Assembly: GCA_964249695.1 (NCBI GenBank)
Contig: CAXUDF010000001.1
Span: forward strand, 43,901-107,900
Length of the DNA: 64,000 nucleotides
From: an uncultured Acidobacteriaceae bacterium
Lineage (GTDB): Bacteria > Acidobacteriota > Terriglobia > Terriglobales > Acidobacteriaceae
Reading direction: 5' to 3'
Shown: positions 37,126 through 46,925 of the stretch, piece after piece
How the letters are laid out: each line of letters starts with the position of its first letter
Numbering within the stretch: the first letter of the stretch is position 1
Translations under genes and position numbers: made by a program
The notes under the pieces: model-generated
What the model was told of the DNA's origin: nothing
Databases searched by the model: none
The model's input: only the letters and a program-made list of their open reading frames with translations

Positions 37126-40100
37126 TTACGACAGCCGTTCAAGCTGGGCGAACTTTTCCACCAGCTTTTTTACGCCGTGCCCTGTAAAGGATACCGTAAT
37201 CTTGGCGTCTTCGCCGTCGCCTTCGCGCCCCACGATCATGCCTTCCCCATATTTGGGGTGCCGCACGCGCGTATTTTTCCCCAGGCCGGTGCGCCCAGTG
37301 GGGGCGGGGATATCCATCTTGGGGCGGCCGGGGTAGCGTTTTTCGCCGAGCGCATAGCCGTTTCCCCCGCCGGTGGGTCCCTTGCCACCCTTGCCGAAAA
37401 AAGCAGCGGTGTTGTCCAGCGGCCCGGAGCCAGCGCGGGGCGCGGCTGCACCGAAGCGCTGCGAGGCGTACTGACGGGCGGCTCCGGCTTTGCCGGACTC
37501 CTGCGATTCGTCCTCATAGCTGTAGTGGCGCTCGCCGTTCTCCTCGCCACCCTGGCCAAACCGCCGTCGCCCATCACCGCGCTGCGGATACGGCGTCGCA
37601 TACGCGTTGCCATAGCTCAGCGCGCCGCCCTCGCCCTGGCCGAAGCCGGGCGAACCGAGGTCTTCACATAGCTTCGAGGGCACCTCTTCGAGGAACCGTG
37701 AAGCCACCGTGGTCTCGGGCATGTCGTTGCCATAGCGGCGGCGATAGCGCGCCCGCGTCATCAGCAGCGTGTCCATGGCGCGCGTCATGCCGACATAGCA
37801 AAGCCGGCGTTCTTCTTCCATCTGCGTCGGATCGGTGATGGAGCGCGAGTGCGGAAACAGGCCCTCCTCCATGCCGGCGAGAAACACGAGCGGAAACTCC
37901 AGGCCCTTGGCTGCATGCAGCGTCATCAGCGTCACGCGGGCCTCGGCCGAGTACTGATCCGCATCCGAAACCAGCGCCGCATGATCGAGAAACTCATGCA
38001 GAGTCTCGCCGCGGCTGGTCGCATCCTGCGCAGCATTGGCGAGTTCCTTCAGGTTTTCAATGCGGCTGAAGGCCTCGGGCGTGCCCTCTTCTTCAAGTGC
38101 GCGCAGATAGCCGGAGCGCTCATTGAGAAACTTGATCAGCTCCGGCAAGGTGGCCGGGTCGCCGGGTTTGCGGAAGGCGCGGGCGTCGGCTTCGTTGGCA
38201 GCTTCGTGATCGCCCTCCTGTGCGGCAACGATGCGGTCGAGCCGGGCCTTGTTCTGTTCGCGAATGCGGTCGGAGGCAGATTGCTTCAGGGGGACGGGGG
38301 CGAACGGGTTGAAGCTGGCGAGACCGTCTTCTGTCGCGCTTTCCCGCTTCAGATTGTCATCCTGAGCGGAGCGACGGATTTGCTGTTGGTTCGCCGCGGT
38401 GGAATGCCCCTTGGCAAGTTCGGTATTTTCCGCCGCAATCGTGCTGATCTCTTCGCTGGGACCGAAGTCGAAGCCGAAGTTGAAGCTGGTATCGAAGTCG
38501 GAGTTGGCGTCGTTGGCCGTGACCGTCGGCGGCGCGGGCTCATTCGCGCCGAAATCGAAGCCGAAGTTGAAAGAGTCGTCTTCCGGCGCCTGATCGGCTT
38601 CGCGAAGTACAGGGGGCTCTCCGCTTCCGCCGTTGTCCTTCAGTCGAGATAACACGTCTAGTTCAATGGCAGCAGACTGTAAATCTGCTGCGTCTCCCGC
38701 GGCGAACTCCGGTTGCACATCGGCCGCCAGCTTCTCCGCAAAGTCAGGCCCCAGCATCGCCCTGGCATCTTCGATCAGCTTGCGAAAGCCGGCCAGCGCC
38801 GTCAGCGCGCGCGCGGGCAGCAGTTTGTCCGCGATGGCACGCTCGACGGCGTCCCACGTGCTCATCCCGGTGCCGAGCGCCATGCGCTCCAGCGTCTCCA
38901 TCGTGGTTTTGCCGATGCCGCGCGGCGGCGAGTTCACCACCCGGCCCAGCGCCACCGAGTCATGCGGATTTTGCACCAGCTTCAGATAGCTGAGCAGGTC
39001 CTTGACCTCCGCGCGATCATAGAAGCTGAACCCCCCCACCATGTGGTACTGGATGCCGTAACGGCGCAGCGCTTCTTCCACCAGGCGCGACTGCGAGTTG
39101 GTGCGGTACAGCACCGCGCACCGCGGCAGATCCTCGGTTTCACCTGCGGTCTTCAGGTATCGATTCACCTTGTCGGCGATGAAAATGGCTTCACCTTCGC
39201 CATCCGGAGCCTCATACAGCCCGATCAGCGATCCACCCTCACGCGAGGTCCACAGGTTTTTGCCCTTGCGCTGCGTATTTTGCGCCACCACCGCGCTCGC
39301 GCCTTCCAAAATCACCTGCGTCGAACGGTAGTTCTGCTCCAAGCGAATCGTCTGCGCGGCCGGGAAGTCCTTTTCAAACTCCAGGATGTTGCGGATATCC
39401 GCGCCGCGCCAGGAGTAAATCGACTGATCCTCATCGCCCACCACGCACACATTGCCGTGCGAGCCGAGCAGCTTCATCAGCTCATACTGCGGGCGGTTGG
39501 TGTCCTGGTACTCGTCGATGAGCAGGTAACGGTACTTGCGGTTGTACCGCTCGCGCACCTCGGCCGAGCTCTTCAGCAGCCGCACCGCCTCCAGCAGCAG
39601 ATCGTCGAAATCCAGTGCGTTGGCCTTGAAAAGCTCGTCGCGGTAGATCTTGAAGATGTGCGCGATCTTTTCTTCCAGAGGGTTTGTGGAGGCGAGGAAG
39701 TACTCCTGCGGGTCGATCATGTGGTTCTTCGCCCACGAGATGCGGCCCAGCGCCACGCGCGGTTTCAGCTGTTTGTCGTCGATGCCCAGCCGTTTCAGCG
39801 CGGATTTCACGACCGCCTGCTGATCGTTCTCGTCATAGATGGCAAAGGTGCGGGTCAAGCCTTTGCCGTTCACGCGCAGGGCTTCAATATCGCGCCGCAG
39901 CGCCCGCACGCAGAAGCTGTGAAATGTCGCCAGCGTCGGTTTGGCAAGGGAACTGTGGCCCAGGATCTTGTCGACGCGCTCCTGCATCTCCTTGGCTGCC
40001 TTGTTGGTGAACGTCACCGCCAGAATGGCGTCCGGGCTCACGCCGCGCTGCTCGATCAGATAAGCGATGCGATGCGTGATGACGCGGGTTTTGCCCGAAC

Positions 40101-40188
40101 CGGCGCCCGCCAGCAGCAGCACCGGGCCGTCCACGGAGACAATGCCCTCCTGCTGCTGCGGATTCATATTGGCAAGAAGATCGCCCAC
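37126..40188 (-). CDS. pcrA: UvrD/PcrA superfamily 1 helicase with long acidic insertion
   Basis: AGAGSGKT, DEYQD, VGDEDQSIYSWRGA, TLHAAKGLEF, EEERRLCYVGMTRA, C-terminal Tudor-like RHPKYGEG. Confidence 0.93.
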   Translation of the reverse strand: MGDLLANMNPQQQEGIVSVDGPVLLLAGAGSGKTRVITHRIAYLIEQRGVSPDAILAVTFTNKAAKEMQERVDKILGHSSLAKPTLATFHSFCVRALRRDIEALRVNGKGLTRTFAIYDENDQQAVVKSALKRLGIDDKQLKPRVALGRISWAKNHMIDPQEYFLASTNPLEEKIAHIFKIYRDELFKANALDFDDLLLEAVRLLKSSAEVRERYNRKYRYLLIDEYQDTNRPQYELMKLLGSHGNVCVVGDEDQSIYSWRGADIRNILEFEKDFPAAQTIRLEQNYRSTQVILEGASAVVAQNTQRKGKNLWTSREGGSLIGLYEAPDGEGEAIFIADKVNRYLKTAGETEDLPRCAVLYRTNSQSRLVEEALRRYGIQYHMVGGFSFYDRAEVKDLLSYLKLVQNPHDSVALGRVVNSPPRGIGKTTMETLERMALGTGMSTWDAVERAIADKLLPARALTALAGFRKLIEDARAMLGPDFAEKLAADVQPEFAAGDAADLQSAAIELDVLSRLKDNGGSGEPPVLREADQAPEDDSFNFGFDFGANEPAPPTVTANDANSDFDTSFNFGFDFGPSEEISTIAAENTELAKGHSTAANQQQIRRSAQDDNLKRESATEDGLASFNPFAPVPLKQSASDRIREQNKARLDRIVAAQEGDHEAANEADARAFRKPGDPATLPELIKFLNERSGYLRALEEEGTPEAFSRIENLKELANAAQDATSRGETLHEFLDHAALVSDADQYSAEARVTLMTLHAAKGLEFPLVFLAGMEEGLFPHSRSITDPTQMEEERRLCYVGMTRAMDTLLMTRARYRRRYGNDMPETTVASRFLEEVPSKLCEDLGSPGFGQGEGGALSYGNAYATPYPQRGDGRRRFGQGGEENGERHYSYEDESQESGKAGAARQYASQRFGAAAPRAGSGPLDNTAAFFGKGGKGPTGGGNGYALGEKRYPGRPKMDIPAPTGRTGLGKNTRVRHPKYGEGMIVGREGDGEDAKITVSFTGHGVKKLVEKFAQLERLS
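38354..38389 (+). repeat. GTCATCC-family repeat arm embedded in frame in uvrD/pcrA
   Basis: TTGTCATCCTGAGCGGAGCGACGGATTTGCTGTTGG, read as NQQQIRRSAQDDN on the minus strand. Confidence 0.78.
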
Positions 40189-40412
40189 CCTTCCATTCTA
40201 CGGCGGGGAGTCTGCAGCGTTTCTCCACCGCCCTGCCTCGGTTCTGGGAGAGCCCGAGTTCCAAAATGGAAATGCGGTAAACATCTGAAAAGAAAAGCTA
40301 AAAAACAACAGAACCTTTCCCTCGCCGCTGCGTATAGCAAGAGGTGCCTGTTTTCTTCTGAACCATGGCAGAGGAACATCGGCACTGTTTCACAAAGGAA
40401 AAGAGGCAGTAT

Positions 40413-40793
40413 ATGAATCATCGTCTTATTGCAGCCGCCATGGCTACATCTATCTCCGTGCTTGGAACGCCCAGCTTGTTGGCCGCACAAAGCCCCGCCG
40501 CGCAGAATCTTGTTGCTCCCGCCGCTGGCACCACCAGCGCAGCGCGCACCTCCACCGGCAAGCCCGTGAAGGTAAAAACGGTCAGCTTTACCCTGCGGAA
40601 CGATGCAGGAACGCCGTTGACCGTCGCCGCCGGCGACCAGCAGTTCACCGTGCAGCCCGGCAAATCGCTCGTGCTGAAACTGCAGGAGGGCATCACCATC
40701 ACAACCGTGAACGCAACCGCGCACGCCGCGGCGGGTGGCATCCTGACCACGGTTTCGAGCACGCTCCAGGGCAACACGCTGGCGATCAGCTAA
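40413..40793 (+). CDS. Hypothetical secreted beta-rich protein
   Basis: Signal peptide, GAGG SD, GC3-rich codons. Confidence 0.65.
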   Translation: MNHRLIAAAMATSISVLGTPSLLAAQSPAAQNLVAPAAGTTSAARTSTGKPVKVKTVSFTLRNDAGTPLTVAAGDQQFTVQPGKSLVLKLQEGITITTVNATAHAAAGGILTTVSSTLQGNTLAIS

Positions 40794-41011
40794 CACTGTG
40801 TACTGCAGCGCCGGTTAGTGCACGATTCCTTCCGGCGCTTCTGTGACGCGGACGGCAGGGCTCCACCATGGTGCCTTGCCGTCTGTTGCAGTTCGCTACA
40901 GCGATTCGGCCTACCTATCACCTTTCGCGCCCACCATCCCCAGAACGGTACCCTGCTCCGCGCGAAAGATGCATCGGCAGTACGCCGGGCGCGCCCTAGA
41001 ATCGGGGACGC

Positions 41012-42325
41012 ATGGTTCGCTCTGCCCCGGCCAAGGCCCCTCCCGCATCGGCTGCACGTGTGGTCTTCCTCACGCGCGATCCCGTGGTGCATCAGCAGGG
41101 CGGCAGCACAACGTACGCACTCGGCCTGCTCGGTCTGTTGCGAGCGCAGGGCGCGCAGGTGACCCTGGTAGCGACCTCGGCCTACAGCCGTTCGCCGCGT
41201 TTATTCTTCCGCCTGCGTGCCGCGCCGCCGCCGGGCGTGGCGCTGTGCTTTCCCGGCTATCTCCGGCTCGGCACCTGGTATCTCTGCCCTTGGCGTCCGA
41301 AGGCATGGGCGCGGCTGCTGGCGCGTGCGGCGCCTCGCCTGGGGGCACGCTGGCCCCGGCTCCTCTTTGTACGCGGTTGGCTGGAAACGCTGTACGGTCC
41401 CGCGCTCTACACCGGCGCCTGGGACCTCACCATACCCACGGTCGCCGAGGGCAGGATCGCCTCGCGTGAAGCCCAACTGGCAGGAGCTACCGTCGTTGTG
41501 GCAAATTACGCCTTCTGGGGGCCTTTGCTCGGGCATGGCAGCCTTGGCCGGCGCCGCACCGCCATCCTGATGCATGATCTGCTGTCCGCACGGGCGCATC
41601 GTTTTCTGGAAGCCGGTTTGCCGCTCGATTGCCCGCCGATCGAGACAGCCGAGGAGATGCGCTGGCTCTCCTCCACGCACACCGTGCTTGCCGCCCAGGA
41701 GCGCGAGGCCGAGACGATCCGTGCGGCGGTCTCCTCCCCCGTGCTGGTCACCCCGGTAGCGCTTACGCCCCGTTCCTTGGACCAAAAGCAGATCATCGCC
41801 GGCCGCTGCTTGTTCGTCGGCTCCAACATTGTCCCGAATCAAACAGGGCTCTCGTTTTTGCTCGATGCCGTCTGGCCGCAGGTGCGTGCCGCCGTGCCCG
41901 GGGCAACGCTTGCCGTCGCGGGCGGCATCGGGCAGCGGCTCGGGTCTTGGGATGCTGCCCGGCTTGCCTCGTTGGGCATCGAGACACTCGGCCTGGTGCC
42001 GTCCCTTGAGGCTGAATACGCGCGAGCCGCCGTCTGCCTTGTGCCTTTGTTAGTGGGCAGCGGCATCAAAATTAAGCTCTTGGAAGCATTGGCCTTCGGG
42101 AAGGCCGTCGTTTCGACCCCCATCGGGGTACAGGGCCTTGAAGCCTGGGCGCACGAAGCGATGGAGGTAGCCGACGATGCAGCCACGTTCGCGGCGGCCA
42201 TCGTTCACCTGCTCACAAACGCAGCCGGGCGCCGCGCCCGGGAAGCTGCCGCACTGCGGCTGACAGAAACGCACCTCGGCGCAAGCCGTCCGCTCGACCC
42301 CGCCTTTGTCGCGGCTGTGCTGTGA
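41012..42325 (+). CDS. Glycosyltransferase family 4 (GT-B)
   Basis: FVGSNIVPN, PLLVGSGIKIKLLEALAFGKAVVST. Confidence 0.85.
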   Translation: MVRSAPAKAPPASAARVVFLTRDPVVHQQGGSTTYALGLLGLLRAQGAQVTLVATSAYSRSPRLFFRLRAAPPPGVALCFPGYLRLGTWYLCPWRPKAWARLLARAAPRLGARWPRLLFVRGWLETLYGPALYTGAWDLTIPTVAEGRIASREAQLAGATVVVANYAFWGPLLGHGSLGRRRTAILMHDLLSARAHRFLEAGLPLDCPPIETAEEMRWLSSTHTVLAAQEREAETIRAAVSSPVLVTPVALTPRSLDQKQIIAGRCLFVGSNIVPNQTGLSFLLDAVWPQVRAAVPGATLAVAGGIGQRLGSWDAARLASLGIETLGLVPSLEAEYARAAVCLVPLLVGSGIKIKLLEALAFGKAVVSTPIGVQGLEAWAHEAMEVADDAATFAAAIVHLLTNAAGRRAREAAALRLTETHLGASRPLDPAFVAAVL

Positions 42326-42329
42326 GCCT

Positions 42330-42998
42330 TTACAGCGGATCAAAGGTAACGACTTGCGCGTCGCAACCCTTCAACCCCTGGCAGCGGATCGGCTCGAGTG
42401 CTTTGTTGAAGCATGCTTCAACAGCGGTCACATGGCTCGCATTGCAGCTTAAGGACAGGCTGCCCCTTGGAAAGGCAGGGTTGGCCAGGTACAGCATGTT
42501 CATCGTGTACAGGGTGGTGTAGGTACGGCTGCTGTGCATGCCGATTAGCGGCAGCGGCATGGTGAACTGCGCAAAGGCCTGGTGCGCCGCCTGAAAGTAG
42601 GAAGCCACCGCCAGGCCGGAGCAGGTTCCGTGCTTGCTCCACTCGTGCTGGATGAGGTCCATGTCGGGGGTGATGTCGAGATTGCGGGCAAGGTCTCCTG
42701 AGGCCGGCGTTTGTGCGCAAAACTGCGGCCAGGTGCCGTTGTTGTTTTGCGGCCACAGTCCGTGCACTGCAAACCCGGCTTGCGGCCGGCAACTCGCCGA
42801 GACATCCTTGATCGACGAACAGAAGGACGGCCCCCAGGCCATGTCGAGCAGAAAATAGTCGAACTGGCCGGGTGTGTTCACGGCCGACGCCGCCCGAGTG
42901 TTTTGCCCATGCGCATCCATCGCCGCGGGCGATTGCGCGTGAAGGCAAACGGCGCTCACGACCGTCAGCAAAACGAAAGTGGAAGCAGACCAACGCAT
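42330..42998 (-). CDS. Secreted ribonuclease T2 family protein
   Basis: FDYFLL, FAVHGLWPQ and HEWSKHGTC catalytic motifs. Confidence 0.92.
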   Translation of the reverse strand: MRWSASTFVLLTVVSAVCLHAQSPAAMDAHGQNTRAASAVNTPGQFDYFLLDMAWGPSFCSSIKDVSASCRPQAGFAVHGLWPQNNNGTWPQFCAQTPASGDLARNLDITPDMDLIQHEWSKHGTCSGLAVASYFQAAHQAFAQFTMPLPLIGMHSSRTYTTLYTMNMLYLANPAFPRGSLSLSCNASHVTAVEACFNKALEPIRCQGLKGCDAQVVTFDPL

Positions 42999-43106
42999 GG
43001 GTATGAACTCGGAAGGGCACGGAGGGACAATTCTTCCGCACCTCCTCGTTGTGATGCGTGACCTTGCGGCTGTGTATGCTTTGCCGAGACTGTGTATGCT
43101 TTGCCG

Positions 43107-43691
43107 ATGGAGAGCACACAGCCGCCCGCCGGAAGCAGCAGAAAGCCCCATGGCAAAGAGCTGGCAGTTTTCTGTGCCGCCGCCGATGGCCTCCAGCCGG
43201 TGTACCGCACCGTGGCCAGGGAGCTCGGCCACGCGATGGCCGCACGCGGCGTCGGTTTGATCTACGGCGGGGCCGCCGTCGGCCTGATGGGTGCCGTCGC
43301 GGACGCGGCACTGGCAGCCCGCGGCCGCGTGGTGGGCGTGATCCCCCAGGTGCTGGTCGACATGGAGGTCGTCCACGGGGGCGTACGCGAGCTCCACGTG
43401 GTGGACACGATGCACACCCGCAAACGCCTGATGGGTGAGTTCGCCGACGGATTCTTAGTGATGCCCGGCGGCTTTGGCACCCTTGAAGAGCTTTTCGAGG
43501 TTCTGGCCTGGCAAACGCTCAAACTGCACGCCAAACCTGTGGTGCTGCTCAACGTGGCCGGTTTTTACGACACGCTTCTGACCTTTCTTGATGTTTGCGA
43601 GCGCGAAGGCATGCTGCGCGGCAATCGCGGCGCGCTGCTGGTGGCTGGGAGCGTGGAAGAAGCGCTTGCGCTGTCTCTGCCTGGCATCTGA
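43107..43691 (+). CDS. LOG family nucleotide phosphoribohydrolase (TIGR00730-like)
   Basis: LIYGG...GLMG, MHTRK, PGGFGTLEE. Confidence 0.92.
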   Translation: MESTQPPAGSSRKPHGKELAVFCAAADGLQPVYRTVARELGHAMAARGVGLIYGGAAVGLMGAVADAALAARGRVVGVIPQVLVDMEVVHGGVRELHVVDTMHTRKRLMGEFADGFLVMPGGFGTLEELFEVLAWQTLKLHAKPVVLLNVAGFYDTLLTFLDVCEREGMLRGNRGALLVAGSVEEALALSLPGI

Positions 43692-43826
43692 CAGGACATA
43701 ATCCCCGGCTCGCGACATTTCCACAGCGAGAAGGCGTGTTGCAGAGGCAACACGGGAGCCTGAGGCAACGTCCTAAGAAGCGAAGAGAAAGCGAATAGCT
43801 GGATGCGTCCGGCAGCCGAGGGACCA

Positions 43827-44633
43827 ATGAGCGAGCGTACCGTAGAACTCGATGAACCGATCATGGATGAGCAAAGCCAGGCCTTGCAAAACGCCGTGGA
43901 GCGTGCCGAGCGCGCCGAGGCCGAGTTGGCGAAGCTGAAGACGAAGGGCACCCAGACGGGAGCATCGGCCTCGGCAAAGAAAGATCAGACGTCTTCTGGG
44001 AGCCATGCATCGTCCGCAAGCCATGCGTCTTCTGCGAGCCATGCATCGTCGTCCGCATCCGCAGGCCGCGCAAAAGCCGCAGGGGCTGACACCGATGCTG
44101 CCGAAGCGATTGCGCCAAAGGGCACCAGCAGCACAGCCCGCCCAGACCCCACCGGCAAGCATCTTGTCGAGCCCGGCTCAATGGACGCGCGCAAGCAGCC
44201 GGCGTCCCAGTCGCCCGAAGGTCATGCTGTCGGCGAGCCGGAAACGCACGGCATCGAAGCCCTGCGTGAAGACACTATGATGGCGCATCTGCTCGATGCT
44301 CTGGGGCGCGGTGAAGATATCGGCCATTACGGCCGGCTCACGTTTGCCATGATCGCGCGGCACTTCCTGAGTGACGCCGAAGTACTCGCCGAGTTGACGC
44401 GTGATGGTGATTTTTCAGAAGAACAGGCTCGGCAGATGCTGGTCCAGGTCGAGGGCCGGGATTACTCCCCACCGCGCCGCGAGCGCATTCTCGAATGGCA
44501 GGCCGAGCAGGAGTTCTCCATCATTCCCGACCGGCACGATCCCGATTGCGGCAACGTCTACAAGAGCCTCCGCTTCCCGAAGCAAACCTACAGCCACATC
44601 GGCCATTACCAGGAGGAAAAGACGGAAAGCTAG
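43827..44633 (+). CDS. Hypothetical protein: disordered N-terminus plus C-terminal domain resembling primase large-subunit CTD
   Basis: Low-complexity SHASSA x3 region; GEDIGHYGRLTFAM...DFSEEQAR...YSPP. Confidence 0.6.
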   Translation: MSERTVELDEPIMDEQSQALQNAVERAERAEAELAKLKTKGTQTGASASAKKDQTSSGSHASSASHASSASHASSSASAGRAKAAGADTDAAEAIAPKGTSSTARPDPTGKHLVEPGSMDARKQPASQSPEGHAVGEPETHGIEALREDTMMAHLLDALGRGEDIGHYGRLTFAMIARHFLSDAEVLAELTRDGDFSEEQARQMLVQVEGRDYSPPRRERILEWQAEQEFSIIPDRHDPDCGNVYKSLRFPKQTYSHIGHYQEEKTES

Positions 44634-44758
44634 AGGCGGAAAGCCAGATTAGGGATGGGGAGGTAGGAAGCTAGAGCCATAGCCTCTTAACCATAGAGCG
44701 AGGTACGGTTTTCCCTGTTCCGCCTGTGATCCTGAAGCCCGGACCTTTCCGGTCACTT

Positions 44759-44840
44759 AGCGCCAACGCCGCGTTCAATACCAGCCTGGGCCGCAAGGCC
44801 CAGGTCTGCATGCCAAGCATGTTCAGGGCTGAAGGCCCGA
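44759..44840. repeat. Second REP-like family (CCTGGGCCGCAAGGCCCAGG / GGGCTGAAGGCCC), partial copy
   Basis: ATACCAGCCTGGGCCGCAAGGCCCAGGT...AGGGCTGAAGGCCCGA, shared with 46644-46834. Confidence 0.78.
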
Positions 44841-45032
44841 TCTACATTCAGGCCGATCGTCTCCAGGTCGGGTTTTCCCCTCCTCACCGGCATAACCTCC
44901 CCAAATCTGGGCGTTGCGGCCCCGGCTGTTTGAGTACGCACTTTCGATCGAAAAGACCGCCCTCGTTGACAAGCCGCTCTATGACCAACCTCGGTCGAGT
45001 ACGAAAAGTCCACGCCCCCTTAGAATGGGAAG

Positions 45033-45824
45033 ATGTCGTTGCCGGCTTCGCTGCCCTTTCGTTTCATCTGGCTCGTAGCCGCCTCGACAATTGCGGGCGT
45101 CATGAACGCCATGGCCGGTGGGGGTTCATTTCTCTCCTTTCCCGCCATGTTGGGCATGGGTGTGGCGCCTGTGCAGGCCAACGCCACCAACACGGTCGCC
45201 CTCTGGCCGGGCCAGCTCACGTCCCTTGCCACCCTGCGCGGCGATGTGCGGCGCGATCTGCTGCCGACGGTGCTGGTCACCTGTGTGCTTGGCGGCGTGT
45301 CCGGCGCGGAGGTGCTGCTGCATACGCGGCAAACGACATTTCTGCGACTGATTCCCTGGCTGATCCTCGGCGGCACCGGCATCTTCGGCATCTCCGCTCC
45401 TGTCTCACGCTGGCTGCGCGCGCGTGCCGGTACCCCCGACAGCTATGCCGCAAGGCCGATCTCCTGGCTGCCTCTGGGCCTTTGCCTGCTGCCGATCACG
45501 TTCTACATCGGCTACTTCGGTGCGGGCGGCGGCTTCATGGTGATGACCGTACTCGCGCTGTTTGGCATGGAAGAGATGCACGCGTTGAATGCGATGAAGG
45601 TGGTCGCGGCATGCGTGTCGAATCTTTGTGCGATCTTCACGTTCATCTTCCAGGGTGCCGTTGAGTGGCGCTACTGCCTGCTCAGCATGTTATTTGCGGC
45701 GCTGGGCGGCTGGCTCGGCGCGCGCTTTGCCCGGCGCGTGAATGGCGGCGTGCTGCGCGCCATGGTCGTGGGCATCGGCTGTGTCATCGCAGGATATTTC
45801 TTCTACAGGCAGGCGCACGCGTGA
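45033..45824 (+). CDS. TauE/SafE family sulfite exporter
   Basis: NAMAGGGSFLSFP, ANATNT, YIGYFGAGGG. Confidence 0.88.
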   Translation: MSLPASLPFRFIWLVAASTIAGVMNAMAGGGSFLSFPAMLGMGVAPVQANATNTVALWPGQLTSLATLRGDVRRDLLPTVLVTCVLGGVSGAEVLLHTRQTTFLRLIPWLILGGTGIFGISAPVSRWLRARAGTPDSYAARPISWLPLGLCLLPITFYIGYFGAGGGFMVMTVLALFGMEEMHALNAMKVVAACVSNLCAIFTFIFQGAVEWRYCLLSMLFAALGGWLGARFARRVNGGVLRAMVVGIGCVIAGYFFYRQAHA

Positions 45825-46165
45825 TGGATGCGCAGAGGATCACCCAAACGGCGACGCATCCAATGCGCAGGCCCGTCATCGACGCCATCGGCTACTGTGC
45901 CGCCTGTCTCACGACGATCTCCTTTCTGCCCCAACTCCTGCGCGTGCTCAAGACACGGTCCGCGCGGGATATCTCGCTCGGCATGTTTTCCATCTTTACG
46001 CTGGGCACGCTTTGCTGGCTCCTCTATGGCCTGCTTCTGCACGCCGTGCCGGTGTTTCTTGCCAATGGCGTGACGTTGCTGCTATCCGGCGCCATCCTTT
46101 TTCTTAAACTGCGCTTCGACCGCAATGCAACGCGCCCTCAGCAACCCGGCGATGCGCCGCGCTGA
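45824..46165 (+). CDS. SemiSWEET (PQ-loop) transporter
   Basis: LTTISFLPQ, RDISLGM, WLLYG, ANGVT. Confidence 0.88.
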   Translation: MDAQRITQTATHPMRRPVIDAIGYCAACLTTISFLPQLLRVLKTRSARDISLGMFSIFTLGTLCWLLYGLLLHAVPVFLANGVTLLLSGAILFLKLRFDRNATRPQQPGDAPR

Positions 46166-46186
46166 CGCCAACGAAAGGAAAGCCAC

Positions 46187-46624
46187 ATGAGTCACGACGG
46201 TGTGCAATTTATCAGTGCCGAAGAAGCCGCAGCCGATGCGGAGCGGGAACGTCGCCGCCTGACAGGCGAGGCCATCCGGCCGGCCAAGGTGCGGGTCGAT
46301 AAAACCGGCGGCACCGGCGTCACCATCGACTGGCGCGACGGCCACCAAAGCCACTGGAACTTTCGCTGGCTGCGCGACGCCTGCCCCTGCGCGACCTGCC
46401 ATGAAGCGCGCGAGAAGGAGGGCCGTCCGGCGGGTGTCCCCAAAGCGAAACCCGCGTCCCTGTTGCCGATGTACGAAGCACCAGTCCGGCCGCTCGATGT
46501 CGAGCCAGTCGGCAAATATGCCCTGCGTTTCCGCTGGAATGACGGGCACGAATCAGGGCTGTATTCGTGGGATTATCTGCGCAATGTTTGCGACGATGGG
46601 GCGCAGCGACAAGGCAATCCATAG
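46187..46624 (+). CDS. DUF971/GBBH-like N-terminal domain protein
   Basis: WRDGH, LRDACPCATC, VGKYAL, WNDGHESGLYSWDYLR. Confidence 0.88.
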   Translation: MSHDGVQFISAEEAAADAERERRRLTGEAIRPAKVRVDKTGGTGVTIDWRDGHQSHWNFRWLRDACPCATCHEAREKEGRPAGVPKAKPASLLPMYEAPVRPLDVEPVGKYALRFRWNDGHESGLYSWDYLRNVCDDGAQRQGNP

Positions 46625-46643
46625 AAGATTCGAATGTAGTCCC

Positions 46644-46834
46644 AGCGCTGAAAGCGCGCCCTATACCAGCCTGGGCCGCAAGGCCCAGGTGATGGATTGC
46701 GTGCAGGCGAGGGCTGAAGGCCCGACCTACAGTGCTTGCCGAGCTTATCGGGCGGGCCTTCAGCCCTCGTCATGAATCGGCACGCATTCCTGGGCCTCGC
46801 GGCCCAGGCTGGTATAGAACGCGCCGTTGGCGCT
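46644..46834. repeat. Long composite palindrome of the second REP-like family
   Basis: AGCGCTGAAAGCGCG-CTATACCAGCCTGGGCCGCAAGGCCCAGG-CGAGGGCTGAAGGCCCG mirrored by CGGGCCTTCAGCCCTCG-CCTGGGCCTCGCGGCCCAGGCTGGTATAG-CGCGCCGTTGGCGCT. Confidence 0.85.
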
Positions 46835-46867
46835 ACACAAATCACGAGGTGCCTGCCGCGCCAAGCA

Positions 46868-46903
46868 GAATACCGAGGTCCTTCGCTACGCTCAGGATGA
46901 CAA
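46868..46903 (+). repeat. Single GTCATCC-family repeat arm
   Basis: GAATACCGAGGTCCTTCGCTACGCTCAGGATGACAA, nearly identical to 2068-2101 and 8107-8140. Confidence 0.85.
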
Positions 46904-46925
46904 GGGAATGGATGTCAGGCCAGAA

